Below are positions 9,418 through 17,937 of a stretch of 64,000 bases of DNA, in pieces. A model generated the notes under the pieces. That model was not told where the DNA came from, ran no database searches, and saw nothing but the letters and a program-made list of their open reading frames with translations. Position 1 is the stretch's first letter, and each line of letters starts with the position of its first letter. The DNA is from Armatimonadota bacterium (GTDB taxonomy: Bacteria > Armatimonadota > UBA10988): NCBI GenBank assembly GCA_016235455.1, contig JACRKZ010000069.1, forward strand, positions 27,913 to 91,912, in the 5' to 3' direction. The position numbers and the translations under genes are program-made.

Positions 9418-10731
9418 TCACCCGCGCAGGAACGCCTCCACCTCATCCAGCCCCAATGGCGCGGCGGCGGTGAAGTTCTCACAGCCCTGCTCGGTGACGA
9501 CGACCGTGTCCTCGCAGCGGATGTAGAGCTTCTCCTCGGGCACCCACAGCTGCGGGTCGACCGCGAAGACCACGCCCGGCTCCAGGGGCCGCAGCGTGTA
9601 GTTGTCCACGTCGTGGACGATCATCCCCACCGAGTGCGACAGATGGCCGCGGAAGTCCAGCATGCGCCGCCCGGCGGCCTCGTATGCGGGCTTGGACCAC
9701 GGCCAGCGGTCGATCACGGGCGCCATGGCCCCAGCGGCCTCGGCATGGACCTCGTCGGCGGTGAGACCGGGCCGGATGGCGGCCAGGACAGCCAGATGGT
9801 ACTCGACCACGAAGCCGTACAGCTCGCGCGCCTGGGCCGAGTAGGTGCCGTTGACGGGCCACATGCGGCCGATGTCGCTGGTGTAGTAGCCGTAGTCGGG
9901 AGCCGTGTCCATCAGGATCAGGTCGCCGTCGCGCAGCTCACAATCACACCGCCAGTAGTGGGCGAACCAGATGTTGCCCGCGCCCGCCGCGGTGATCGAG
10001 CGGTAGCCCTCGCCGCGCGCGCCGCCGTCGAGGTAGACCTGGTTGGCCAGCGCATTGAGTTGGTACTCATAGAGGCCCGGCCGGGTCGCGGCCATGGCGG
10101 CGATGATGGCTTGCGCCGACAATTCGCCCGCGCGGCGCATGACCGCGATCTCGGCGGCGCTCTTGATGCCCCTCATGCGGTCGGTAATCGGGGATAGGTC
10201 GGCGATCGTGACGCCCGGCAGGCGGTCGCACAATAGGTCGATGAGCCGCTGCTCGCGAGTCGGCGCGGCGTCCCAGGGGTCGGCCGCGATGAGGCGCTCG
10301 GCGTGGAGCATCTCGTCGCGCGACGACTGGAAGCCCTCGGCCGGCTGGTGCGGGGTGTAGACCGTCGTTGCGCCGGCGAGATCGTTCGCCAACTCCGCTA
10401 GCGGACGCACGCGGTCGACGCCGGTGTGGGCACGGATCAGTTCTTCATCCTGCGCGCCGAGCGTGTCGCCTTCCGCGCCTGGCGTCTCGCGGCGCGGCGG
10501 GAGGTAGATCGTCGAGCGCTGAGCGCGGCCGTCGAGCAGCAGGTAGGCCTGGGGCACTTCGAGCCCGGTCAGGTAGTACAGCTCGTTGGTTTGGCGGAAG
10601 GCCACGAATCCACGCGGCGGCGCGGCGCCCTGCACCAGCGCGACGGCGTCGTCGCCGACGGCGGCCAGCACGCGGCGGCGGCGGTCGGTCAGTTCGGCGG
10701 GGGTGAAGTGGGTCTGGAAGAGGCTGGGCAT
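9418..10731 (-). CDS. Xaa-Pro aminopeptidase-like (M24B) protein
   Basis: FRQTNELYYLTG AMP_N domain, IKSAAEI, LMD...YTSDIGR, HSVGMIVHD and RCEDTVVVT pita-bread motifs. Confidence 0.85.
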   Translation of the reverse strand: MPSLFQTHFTPAELTDRRRRVLAAVGDDAVALVQGAAPPRGFVAFRQTNELYYLTGLEVPQAYLLLDGRAQRSTIYLPPRRETPGAEGDTLGAQDEELIRAHTGVDRVRPLAELANDLAGATTVYTPHQPAEGFQSSRDEMLHAERLIAADPWDAAPTREQRLIDLLCDRLPGVTIADLSPITDRMRGIKSAAEIAVMRRAGELSAQAIIAAMAATRPGLYEYQLNALANQVYLDGGARGEGYRSITAAGAGNIWFAHYWRCDCELRDGDLILMDTAPDYGYYTSDIGRMWPVNGTYSAQARELYGFVVEYHLAVLAAIRPGLTADEVHAEAAGAMAPVIDRWPWSKPAYEAAGRRMLDFRGHLSHSVGMIVHDVDNYTLRPLEPGVVFAVDPQLWVPEEKLYIRCEDTVVVTEQGCENFTAAAPLGLDEVEAFLRG

Positions 10732-10764
10732 GGATGGCCTACGCCTTCGGGCGGTGGGACGCGC

Positions 10765-10845
10765 GTTTGTAGTTCCGCCTTCAGGCGGTCGAGGCGGAGG
10801 CACGACGTGCTCGCACTTCGGCCGCCCGAAGGCGGAACTACAAAC
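10765..10845. repeat. REP-like inverted pair (GTAG-type REP doublet)
   Basis: GTTTGTAGTTCCGCCTTCAGGCGG (10765-10788) and its reverse complement (10822-10845), 23/24 identical. Each arm has an internal CCGCC..GGCGG hairpin after GTAG. Confidence 0.75.
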
Positions 10846-10869
10846 AGGGCTCGGTTCGCGGCCTTTGGC

Positions 10870-11553
10870 CTAGAACTTCACCCCAGGATTGGTGAAGCGC
10901 AAGCCAGCGCCGTCGTGATAGGTGGCGTACTCGGTGACGATCGCGCCATCGGTGCCGCCCATCATGAAGTGCTTCTGGCCGACAGCGGCCAGGCGCTGCG
11001 CGCCGCCGACGTCGAGTCGGCTGACCTTGCGGGCCGTGGTGAACTTCTGCTGGCTCTCGGGGATGAGCTTGGCCGCTTCGGGCGACTCGGGGCCCTCGGC
11101 GAACAGGTAGACCCAACCGTAACGAGCCTGCCAGGACTCCATCTTCGGCGCCATGTCGGTCTTGACGTGCGCGTGCTCGACGATCATCTGGCCGGGCAGC
11201 AGGTAGATCTCATGGCCGAAGTACGAGAAGTCCTTCTCGTTGACCCAGAAGATGCCGCCCATGCCGGCGTGAACGAAGTCGCCCAGGCCGAAGTCGGTGG
11301 CCCAGATGTTGGCCTTGAGGTAGTCGCTGCTGGGCACATGGTACTTGGCCATCAGCTCGAGGTACGCGGCTTTGCCCTTCTCGGCGTCGAACTTGCCGTC
11401 GGCGCCGTAGAACATCTCGTTCTTATACGGGGACATCGGGATCTCCTGAGCCGGCGCCACGCCTGTGCGGCTGGCGCCACCAGCCATCGCCACGCCGGTC
11501 ACGCCCAGGGCCGCCATCGCGGCCAGGACCTGTCGGCGATTGAGGTCTTCCAT
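10870..11553 (-). CDS. D-lyxose/D-mannose isomerase family cupin with Tat-like leader
   Basis: TDFGLGDF..G....WVN, LLPGQMIVEHAH, KMESW and AIVTEYAT motifs. N-terminal NRRQVLAAMAALG. Confidence 0.75.
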   Translation of the reverse strand: MEDLNRRQVLAAMAALGVTGVAMAGGASRTGVAPAQEIPMSPYKNEMFYGADGKFDAEKGKAAYLELMAKYHVPSSDYLKANIWATDFGLGDFVHAGMGGIFWVNEKDFSYFGHEIYLLPGQMIVEHAHVKTDMAPKMESWQARYGWVYLFAEGPESPEAAKLIPESQQKFTTARKVSRLDVGGAQRLAAVGQKHFMMGGTDGAIVTEYATYHDGAGLRFTNPGVKF

Positions 11554-11580
11554 GGATCGCTCCTCACGCCAGGCGCCCGA

Positions 11581-12468
11581 TCAGGCGTCCTGGTACATCT
11601 GATAGGCATCCGCCGGCGGCATCAGTTGATGCACCACCGCCGAGACGGCCTTGGCCATGGCCACCGGCTTGTCGGCCTGGAAGATGTTGCGGCCCATGTC
11701 GACGCCCGCGGCGCCCTGCTGGACGGCGTTGTAGCACATCTTCAGCGTGTCGAGCTCGGGCAGCTTCTTGCCGCCGGCGATGACGATAGGCACGGGGCAG
11801 GCTGCGGTGACCTGCTCGAAGTCGGACTCACAGTAGTACGTCTTGACATAGTGAGCGCCGAGTTCGGCGATGATGCGGCAGGCCAGGCCCAGGTAGCGCG
11901 CGTCACGTACCATCTCGCGTCCGACGGCGGTCACGCCGAGGGTCGGGATGCCGTAGCGGTTGCCCGCATCGATGGTCTTGGTCAGGTTCTCCAGCGTGTC
12001 GTGCTCATGCTCGCCGCCGACATAGACCTGCACCGCCATGGCCGCGGCGTCGAGGCGCACGGCGTCCTCGATGTCCACGCCGACATGCTCGTAGCTCAGA
12101 TCCTTGAGGATCGTCGCGCCGGCCGAGCAGCGCAGGGCGATCGGCTTGGTGACGGTGGGCGGAATGCAGCTGCGCAGCACGCCGCGCGTGCACATGAGCA
12201 CGTCGACATGCTCGCACAGGGGCACGATGTTCAGGTCGATGCGCTCGAGACCGGTGGTCGGTCCCATGATGTAGCCATGGTCGAAGGCCAACATCACAGT
12301 GCGCCCGCTCTTGGGGTTGAAGATGCGCGACAGGCGGTTCTTCATGCCCCAGTCGAGGTTGCCCGAGCCGCGCAGGAAGAAGCCTGGGGTCTCGAACGGG
12401 ATATGGGGGCTGAACGCCTTGCTCTCGCCCGTGTCACCACCCGGGGTGGTCGTTTGTTCGTCTGGCAT
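11581..12468 (-). CDS. lsrF: LsrF-type class I aldolase/thiolase
   Basis: [40 protein letters not shown] (Schiff-base Lys), PIVIAGGKK and [10 protein letters not shown] closely match LsrF. Confidence 0.88.
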   Translation of the reverse strand: MPDEQTTTPGGDTGESKAFSPHIPFETPGFFLRGSGNLDWGMKNRLSRIFNPKSGRTVMLAFDHGYIMGPTTGLERIDLNIVPLCEHVDVLMCTRGVLRSCIPPTVTKPIALRCSAGATILKDLSYEHVGVDIEDAVRLDAAAMAVQVYVGGEHEHDTLENLTKTIDAGNRYGIPTLGVTAVGREMVRDARYLGLACRIIAELGAHYVKTYYCESDFEQVTAACPVPIVIAGGKKLPELDTLKMCYNAVQQGAAGVDMGRNIFQADKPVAMAKAVSAVVHQLMPPADAYQMYQDA

Positions 12469-12533
12469 ATGTCTCTCCATAGGGTGTGGGGGCGACCCGG
12501 GTGGGCCGCCCCTGGCACGTCGTGCAGACCGGC

Positions 12534-13169
12534 TCAGGCCGCGGCTTCCGCGAAGGCGCGGAAGAGCAGGCTCATCGACGTGGCGCCGGCATCGGGCGAG
12601 CCCTTGCTGCGCTCGCCCAGATTGCGGGCCCGGCCGAACTTGGCCTGCATGTCGGTGGTGGCCACGGCGCCGGCCTCGGCGGCCGCGGCCGCGTTGTCCA
12701 ACGCCTCGGCCACGCCCAGACCGCCGTCCGCGGCGCTGCGCAGCGCCTGCACCGCGGGGACCAGCGCGTCCATCATGGTCTTGTCGCCGGGCTGGGCCTT
12801 GGTCTGGCGCTGCACGGCGGCCAGACCAGCCTCGAACGCCGCGGCGAAGGCAGCGGCATCCAGGGCGCTCTGACCGGCCGCGGATTCGGCCAGGCCGTTG
12901 AACAGCGTGCCCAGCAGCGGCCCGGTGGACCCGCCGTCGACGCCCAGCAGCGCCCAGCCGACATCGGTCAGCAGGGCCGGCAGGTCGCCTTCGGCTGAGG
13001 CGCCGATGGCCGTCTCGATGCAGCCCATGGCGCGCTTCATGGTCGTGCCATGATCGCCGTCACCGGCATAGGCATCGAGCTGGCCGAGCCACTCGTGCTT
13101 GTCGATCACCTTGGTCTCGGCGGCGCGCAGCAGCGCCACCATGGCCGCGTAGTCAATGCTCTGGATCAT
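12534..13169 (-). CDS. dhaL: Dihydroxyacetone kinase ADP-binding subunit (DAK2)
   Basis: [33 protein letters not shown]...GERSKG.PDAGA. Confidence 0.9.
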   Translation of the reverse strand: MIQSIDYAAMVALLRAAETKVIDKHEWLGQLDAYAGDGDHGTTMKRAMGCIETAIGASAEGDLPALLTDVGWALLGVDGGSTGPLLGTLFNGLAESAAGQSALDAAAFAAAFEAGLAAVQRQTKAQPGDKTMMDALVPAVQALRSAADGGLGVAEALDNAAAAAEAGAVATTDMQAKFGRARNLGERSKGSPDAGATSMSLLFRAFAEAAA

Positions 13170-13179
13170 CGAGCCTGCC

Positions 13180-14181
13180 TCACTTGCCGCTCACGGTCAG
13201 GTACGGCGTGTCGGCGGGGGCGTCCCACAGCGCGATCAGTTCGTCGTCCATCTTGGCGGCGAACATCTGGAAGCCGGCCATCTCCTGCACCGTGAGGTAC
13301 TCGTCGCAGCCGCCGCGCACCACTTCGATGCCCTTCTCGGCGCACACCTGAGCCACCTTGCGGAAGACGATGAACATCTCCATGAGCGTGGTGGCGCCGG
13401 TGCCGTTGAGCAGAACCAGCAACTTGTCCCCGGCCTTGGCCTCGATGTCGGCCAGCAGCATGTTGATCATGATCTCCGCGGTCTCGTCCGCGCTCTTGAG
13501 CTTCATGCGGCCCGTGCCGGCCTCGCCGTGCTGGCCCATGCCGATTTCCATCTCGTCTTCGGGCAGTTCGAAGATGAACTCACCGGTCGAGGGATGGCTG
13601 GCGGGCGTCAAGGCCACGGCCAGCGTGGCCATGTTGTCGTTGAACTTCTCGGCCACGGCCAGCACTTCATCCAGCGAACGGCCCTCTTCGGCGGCCGCGC
13701 CGGCGATCTTGTACAGCGGCACGCAGCCGACCAGGCCGCGCCGGTTCTCGGGCTCGGACTTGGGGCCGCCGGCCACGTCTTCGTGGGTCAGGATCTGCTT
13801 GACGTTCAGGCCCTGCTTGGCGGCCATCTCCATGACGATGTTGGCGGTCATGACGTCGCCCGAGTGGTTGAGCACCACAAAGAGCACGCCCGCGCCGAGG
13901 TCGGCCCGCTTGATGGCGTCGAGCACGCGGGGCGGACCAGGCGCCGCGAAGATCTCGCCGGGCACGCTGATGTCGATCATGCCTTCGCCCACGAAGCCCG
14001 ACAGCGCCGGCTCATGCCCGCTGCCGCCGTGGGTGACGATGGCCACTTTGCCCGCCGCCTTGGGCGTCGCGCGCACGACCAGATTGTTGCCTTCCAGCTT
14101 GATCTTCTTGGCGTACGCCGCGGCATAGCCCTCCAGAAGCTCGCTGACGAGATTGTCCGGATCGTTGATGAACTTCTTCAT
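13180..14181 (-). CDS. dhaK: Dihydroxyacetone kinase substrate-binding subunit (DAK1)
   Basis: True start MKKFINDP at 14181. GGSGHEP, GEIFAAP, LNHSGD, RRGLVG and EIGMGQHGEAG motifs. Confidence 0.9.
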   Translation of the reverse strand: MKKFINDPDNLVSELLEGYAAAYAKKIKLEGNNLVVRATPKAAGKVAIVTHGGSGHEPALSGFVGEGMIDISVPGEIFAAPGPPRVLDAIKRADLGAGVLFVVLNHSGDVMTANIVMEMAAKQGLNVKQILTHEDVAGGPKSEPENRRGLVGCVPLYKIAGAAAEEGRSLDEVLAVAEKFNDNMATLAVALTPASHPSTGEFIFELPEDEMEIGMGQHGEAGTGRMKLKSADETAEIMINMLLADIEAKAGDKLLVLLNGTGATTLMEMFIVFRKVAQVCAEKGIEVVRGGCDEYLTVQEMAGFQMFAAKMDDELIALWDAPADTPYLTVSGK

Positions 14182-14261
14182 GCCACTCTCACTCCCATCG
14201 CCTCGGTCCCACGCTCGGCGGTGGCCCCCAGGGCCAACGGTCCGCGTCGCGTGCCCTTGGC

Positions 14262-14576
14262 TCAGCCCAGTTGGATGTACTCGAGGTTGACGCCGTCCTT
14301 GACCAGGAACGCGACGGTCACGCCGGGCATGACCTCCATCGGCGCGTTGAGGATCTTCTCCTCGCCGGCCAGGGCCGCCTGGATGTCCTCGACCTGATAG
14401 GCCACGTGCGGCCCACGCCGCAGCGACTCGTGGAGGACACTGTCGTGCTCGAAACGAACGTACTCGAAGCACAGCGGATGCGCCGAGGGGTCGGTCACGT
14501 GGACACCGGCGGCTTCGATGTACGTGGTTTCCGGCAGGCGCTCTTGGGTCGGCACGCCGACGTGAAGGAACTGCAT
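14262..14576 (-). CDS. Small VOC/glyoxalase-like protein
   Basis: FLHVGVPT, PHVAYQVEDI and VAFLVKDGVNLEYIQ metal-ligand pattern. AGGAG RBS before ATG 14576. First gene of the dhaK operon. Confidence 0.75.
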   Translation of the reverse strand: MQFLHVGVPTQERLPETTYIEAAGVHVTDPSAHPLCFEYVRFEHDSVLHESLRRGPHVAYQVEDIQAALAGEEKILNAPMEVMPGVTVAFLVKDGVNLEYIQLG

Positions 14577-14645
14577 CGTGAACACTCCTGACCAGGTGAT
14601 TGCCCATCGTGCGCGAGAGGGCGGACACGGGCCATTCACCGCGCG

Positions 14646-14674
14646 AGTCTGCCCGATCAATATCCCTGCGTCAA
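14646..14674 (-). promoter_or_regulatory. Putative sigma70 promoter of the VOC-dhaKL-lsrF operon
   Basis: Minus strand TTGACG-17 nt-CAGACT about 70 nt upstream of ATG 14576. Confidence 0.5.
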
Positions 14675-14796
14675 GGGCTTCCACCGCTGATCGCGCTATG
14701 CTACCATACTCTCGGCGCGGGGATGTGGTATCGATATCGGGAACCTCGCCCCGAGATGGTTCGTCCCCAAGCACGTTTCGCAGGAATCAAGAAACC

Positions 14797-16659
14797 ATGC
14801 GCAAGTCTATCTCCATGATGCTCGTCGGCGCGCTTGCGGGCGCTGTCGTTCTCTGGTCCGGTGGTCGGGTGGAGGCCCAGCAGGGCAACGCTCACGCGCC
14901 GGTCGCCATCGCCGCCGACACCGCGGGCACCCGGCTCTGGGTGGCGGAATCGGATGGGCGGCGCCTGGTGGCGCTCGACGCCGGGGGCAAGCAGTTGGCC
15001 CAGGTCGCGTTGCCGGGACCGGCGACGGGTCTGGCCCTCAACCGCGATGCCTCGACGGCCTTTGTGACCATGGGCGACAGCTCGGTGGCGGCGTTCGATG
15101 CCGCGACGCTCAAGGCGCGCGGCACCTGGCAGTCCGGCTACGGCGTGTCCGGCCCGGTGGTCAGCCCCGACGGCGCCACGGTCTATGTGTGCCTGCGCTG
15201 GACCGCCGAAGTGGCGGCCATCGACGCCAAGACCGGCAAGGAGCGCGCGCGCATCAAGGTGCTGCGCCAGCCGACCGTCGCGGCCATCACGCCCGACGGC
15301 GCCAAGCTCTACGTGGCCAACCTGCTGTCGGTCGACCCGTCGACCGCGCCGACCGTGGCCGCCGAAGTGAGCATCGTCGACACCAAGACCAACAAGGTCA
15401 GCGGCCAGGTGCGGCTGCCTGACGGCAGCCACTCGCTGCGCGGCATCGCGCTGGCGCCCGATGGCAAGACGGTCTATGTGGCGCACCTGCTGTCGCGCTA
15501 CCACCTGCCCACCACGCAGCTCGAGCGCGGCTGGATGAACACCAACGCGCTGTCGCTCATCGACACTGCCACGGACAAGCGCATCAACACCGTGCTGCTC
15601 GACGAAGTGGACCGCGGCTCCGCCAACCCGTGGGCCGTGGGTGTCTCCGCCGACGGCGCGACGCTGTGCGTCACCTCGGCCGGGACCCACGAGGTCAGCC
15701 TGATCGACACCGCCGCGCTGCGCAAGAAGCTGGACGAGGCCGCCAAGGCCTTCGCCGCCAAGACGCAGACCACCGCGGTCGCCGTTGACGGCTACACCGA
15801 GACCGACGGCGTGTCCGAGGACCTGACCTTCCTGCTGGGCATGCGCCGGCGGGTGGCTCTGCCCATCAACGGCCCGCGCAGCATCGCCGTGGCCGGTGGC
15901 AAGGCTTTCTCGGCGGGCTTCTACAGTGACAACATCGCCATGGTCGACCTGGCCAGCAGCAAGGTCGAGTCGGCCAAGCTGTTGCCCGAAGTGCCCATGA
16001 GCGAAGTGCGCCGCGGTGACATGTTCTTCGCCGACGCCTCGCTCTGCTTCCAGAACTGGCAGAGCTGCTCCAGCTGCCATCCCGACACGCGCGCGGACGG
16101 CCTCAACTGGGACCTGCTGAACGATGGCATCGGCAACCCCAAGAACACCAAGAGCATGCTCTACACGTTCAAGACGCCGCCGGCCATGAGCCTGGGCGTG
16201 CGCGAATCGGTCGAGGCGGCGGTGCGCGCCGGTATCCGCGTCATCCAGTTCGCCGTGCGGCCCGAAGAGGACGCCAAGGCCATCGACGAGTACCTCAAGT
16301 CGTTCAAGCCGCAGGCCAGCCCCAAGCTGGTCAACGGTAAGCTGAGCGCCTCGGCGCAGCGCGGCAAGGCGCTGTTCGACAACAAGGACGTCGGCTGCTC
16401 GAGCTGCCACGAGGGCCCGCTGTTCACTTCGCTCAAGCACTACGACGTGGGCCTGGGCATCGGCAGCGAGGCCGGCAAGCCGTTCGACACGCCGACTCTC
16501 ATTGAGGCCTGGCGCACCGGTCCCTACCTGCATGATGGTCGCGCGGCCACGCTGCTCGACGTGATCACCAAGTGCAATCCCAACGACAAGCACGGCAAGA
16601 CGTCGCAACTGAACAAGCAGCAGTTGGCGGACCTGGCCGAGTACGTCGGTTCGCTCTGA
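14797..16659 (+). CDS. Exported YVTN/YncE beta-propeller fused to di-heme cytochrome c (bCcP/MauG superfamily)
   Basis: Sec signal MRKSISMMLVG..VEA. Repeats SPDGATVYV, TPDGAKLYVAN and APDGKTVYVA. Two CSSCH heme motifs (about 16066 and 16396) and FDTPTL...TGPYLHDG. Confidence 0.85.
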   Translation: MRKSISMMLVGALAGAVVLWSGGRVEAQQGNAHAPVAIAADTAGTRLWVAESDGRRLVALDAGGKQLAQVALPGPATGLALNRDASTAFVTMGDSSVAAFDAATLKARGTWQSGYGVSGPVVSPDGATVYVCLRWTAEVAAIDAKTGKERARIKVLRQPTVAAITPDGAKLYVANLLSVDPSTAPTVAAEVSIVDTKTNKVSGQVRLPDGSHSLRGIALAPDGKTVYVAHLLSRYHLPTTQLERGWMNTNALSLIDTATDKRINTVLLDEVDRGSANPWAVGVSADGATLCVTSAGTHEVSLIDTAALRKKLDEAAKAFAAKTQTTAVAVDGYTETDGVSEDLTFLLGMRRRVALPINGPRSIAVAGGKAFSAGFYSDNIAMVDLASSKVESAKLLPEVPMSEVRRGDMFFADASLCFQNWQSCSSCHPDTRADGLNWDLLNDGIGNPKNTKSMLYTFKTPPAMSLGVRESVEAAVRAGIRVIQFAVRPEEDAKAIDEYLKSFKPQASPKLVNGKLSASAQRGKALFDNKDVGCSSCHEGPLFTSLKHYDVGLGIGSEAGKPFDTPTLIEAWRTGPYLHDGRAATLLDVITKCNPNDKHGKTSQLNKQQLADLAEYVGSL

Positions 16660-16738
16660 ATCTCGACGGGAACCACCCGATAGATGTATTGGGCGAGTAG
16701 CCCACGCGAGCACGGCGGCGGACCGCCGGGAGTGGACC

Positions 16739-17809
16739 ATGCGTTGTGTCGGTGAGTTGACCGAATACGATATCACCCTGGCTGCGCAGCCAGGGGAGAC
16801 CCTGGAGCAGATGGTTGGCCGGCTGGCCGAGCAGCTGCACTCGGCCGATGCCGAGATGCTGCGGCTCGTGGCGCTGGCGCCGGTCGGTATGAAGGACCGG
16901 CTCGACGGTGCGTTGGCCGATGCCTTCGGCGAGGTGGACTGGCCGGTGACGCAGCTCTGCGGCGTGGGCACCGTGCCCGAGGGTCAGGTGCTGGGCCTGC
17001 AGGCCCATGCGCTGGCCGGCGCCGTCATCGACCGAGTCGAGTACGAAGGTCGCCCGATCGGCAGCATGTACAGCGATGGCTACGCGCAGTACGTGCTGTT
17101 GGGCAACCTGTTCGATCCCGACCTGAGCAAGAGCCGCTACGACCAGTGCCGGGGCACCTTCGAGTTCATGGAGCAGGTGCTCGACCCGCTGGGCATGGAC
17201 TTCCACAACATCGTGCGCACCTGGCTCTTCGCCGATCGCATCCTGGAGTGGTATGGCGACCTGAACAAGGCCCGCAGCAGCTTCTTCACCGACCGTGGCG
17301 TGTTTGGCCGGCGCGTGCCGGCCAGCACCGGTGTCGGTATCGGCAACCCGTTTGGCGCCGCCATGGTGACCGACGTGTTGGCCATGCTGCCGGCCGAGAC
17401 CGACGGCTGCGTCGCCGAGCCGACTCCGTCGCCGCTGCAGTGCGCGGCGCTCGACTACGGCAGTGCCTTCAGCCGCGCCATGGAGCTGCGCGTGCCCGGC
17501 AGTCGCCGACTGCTCATCAGCGGCACCGCCAGCATCGAGCCAGGCGGCGCCACGGTGCATGACACCATCGACGAGCAGATCGACTGGACCATGCAGGTGG
17601 TCGAGGCCCTGCTGCGCTCGCGCGGCATGGACCACGGCGACGTCTGTCGAGCCATCGTTTACTACGCCAACCCCGACTGGTTCGGCAAGTTGGAGGAGTG
17701 GCAGACGGCGCACGACGTCGACCTGTACCCGGCGACCAACGCCCAGGCCGATATCTGCCGCGACGACCTGCTGTTCGAGATCGAACTCGACGCCGAAATC
17801 GCCGAGTAG
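16739..17809 (+). CDS. Tandem Rid-fold protein, FkbO/Hyg5 chorismatase-like
   Basis: IVRTWLF, ARSSFF, PASTGVG, SPLQCAALDYGSAFSRA, LLISGTASI and ADICRDDLLFEIE parallel the FkbO/Hyg5/XanB2 motifs. Confidence 0.75.
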   Translation: MRCVGELTEYDITLAAQPGETLEQMVGRLAEQLHSADAEMLRLVALAPVGMKDRLDGALADAFGEVDWPVTQLCGVGTVPEGQVLGLQAHALAGAVIDRVEYEGRPIGSMYSDGYAQYVLLGNLFDPDLSKSRYDQCRGTFEFMEQVLDPLGMDFHNIVRTWLFADRILEWYGDLNKARSSFFTDRGVFGRRVPASTGVGIGNPFGAAMVTDVLAMLPAETDGCVAEPTPSPLQCAALDYGSAFSRAMELRVPGSRRLLISGTASIEPGGATVHDTIDEQIDWTMQVVEALLRSRGMDHGDVCRAIVYYANPDWFGKLEEWQTAHDVDLYPATNAQADICRDDLLFEIELDAEIAE

Positions 17810-17840
17810 GGGCCGCCGCCCGGATCCCCATGGAGCACAG

Positions 17841-17889
17841 CCGCCCTCGGCGGTGCGTTGGTCGAGAGGCCGCGCACAGCCGAGGGCGG
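17841..17889. repeat. REP-like inverted pair between convergent genes
   Basis: CCGCCCTCGGCGGTGCG (17841-17857) pairs with CGCACAGCCGAGGGCGG (17873-17889), 16/17. Confidence 0.55.
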
Positions 17890-17937
17890 TTCTGTCTTCA
17901 GGTGGCAAGGTGCCGGGTCTGATCCGCTCACCGGCCA

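Noticed and set aside
11581-12468. AI-2 quorum-sensing (lsr) operon
   Set aside because: Only lsrF is present. No lsrK, lsrG, lsrR or lsrACDB in the window.
10426-12873. 815-aa plus-strand ORF, and similar long ORFs such as 14701-16971(-), 18560-20668(+), 21077-22921(+) and 61985-63769(+)
   Set aside because: They are antisense shadows of well-supported genes. High GC codon bias removes stops on the opposite strand, and they carry no motifs.
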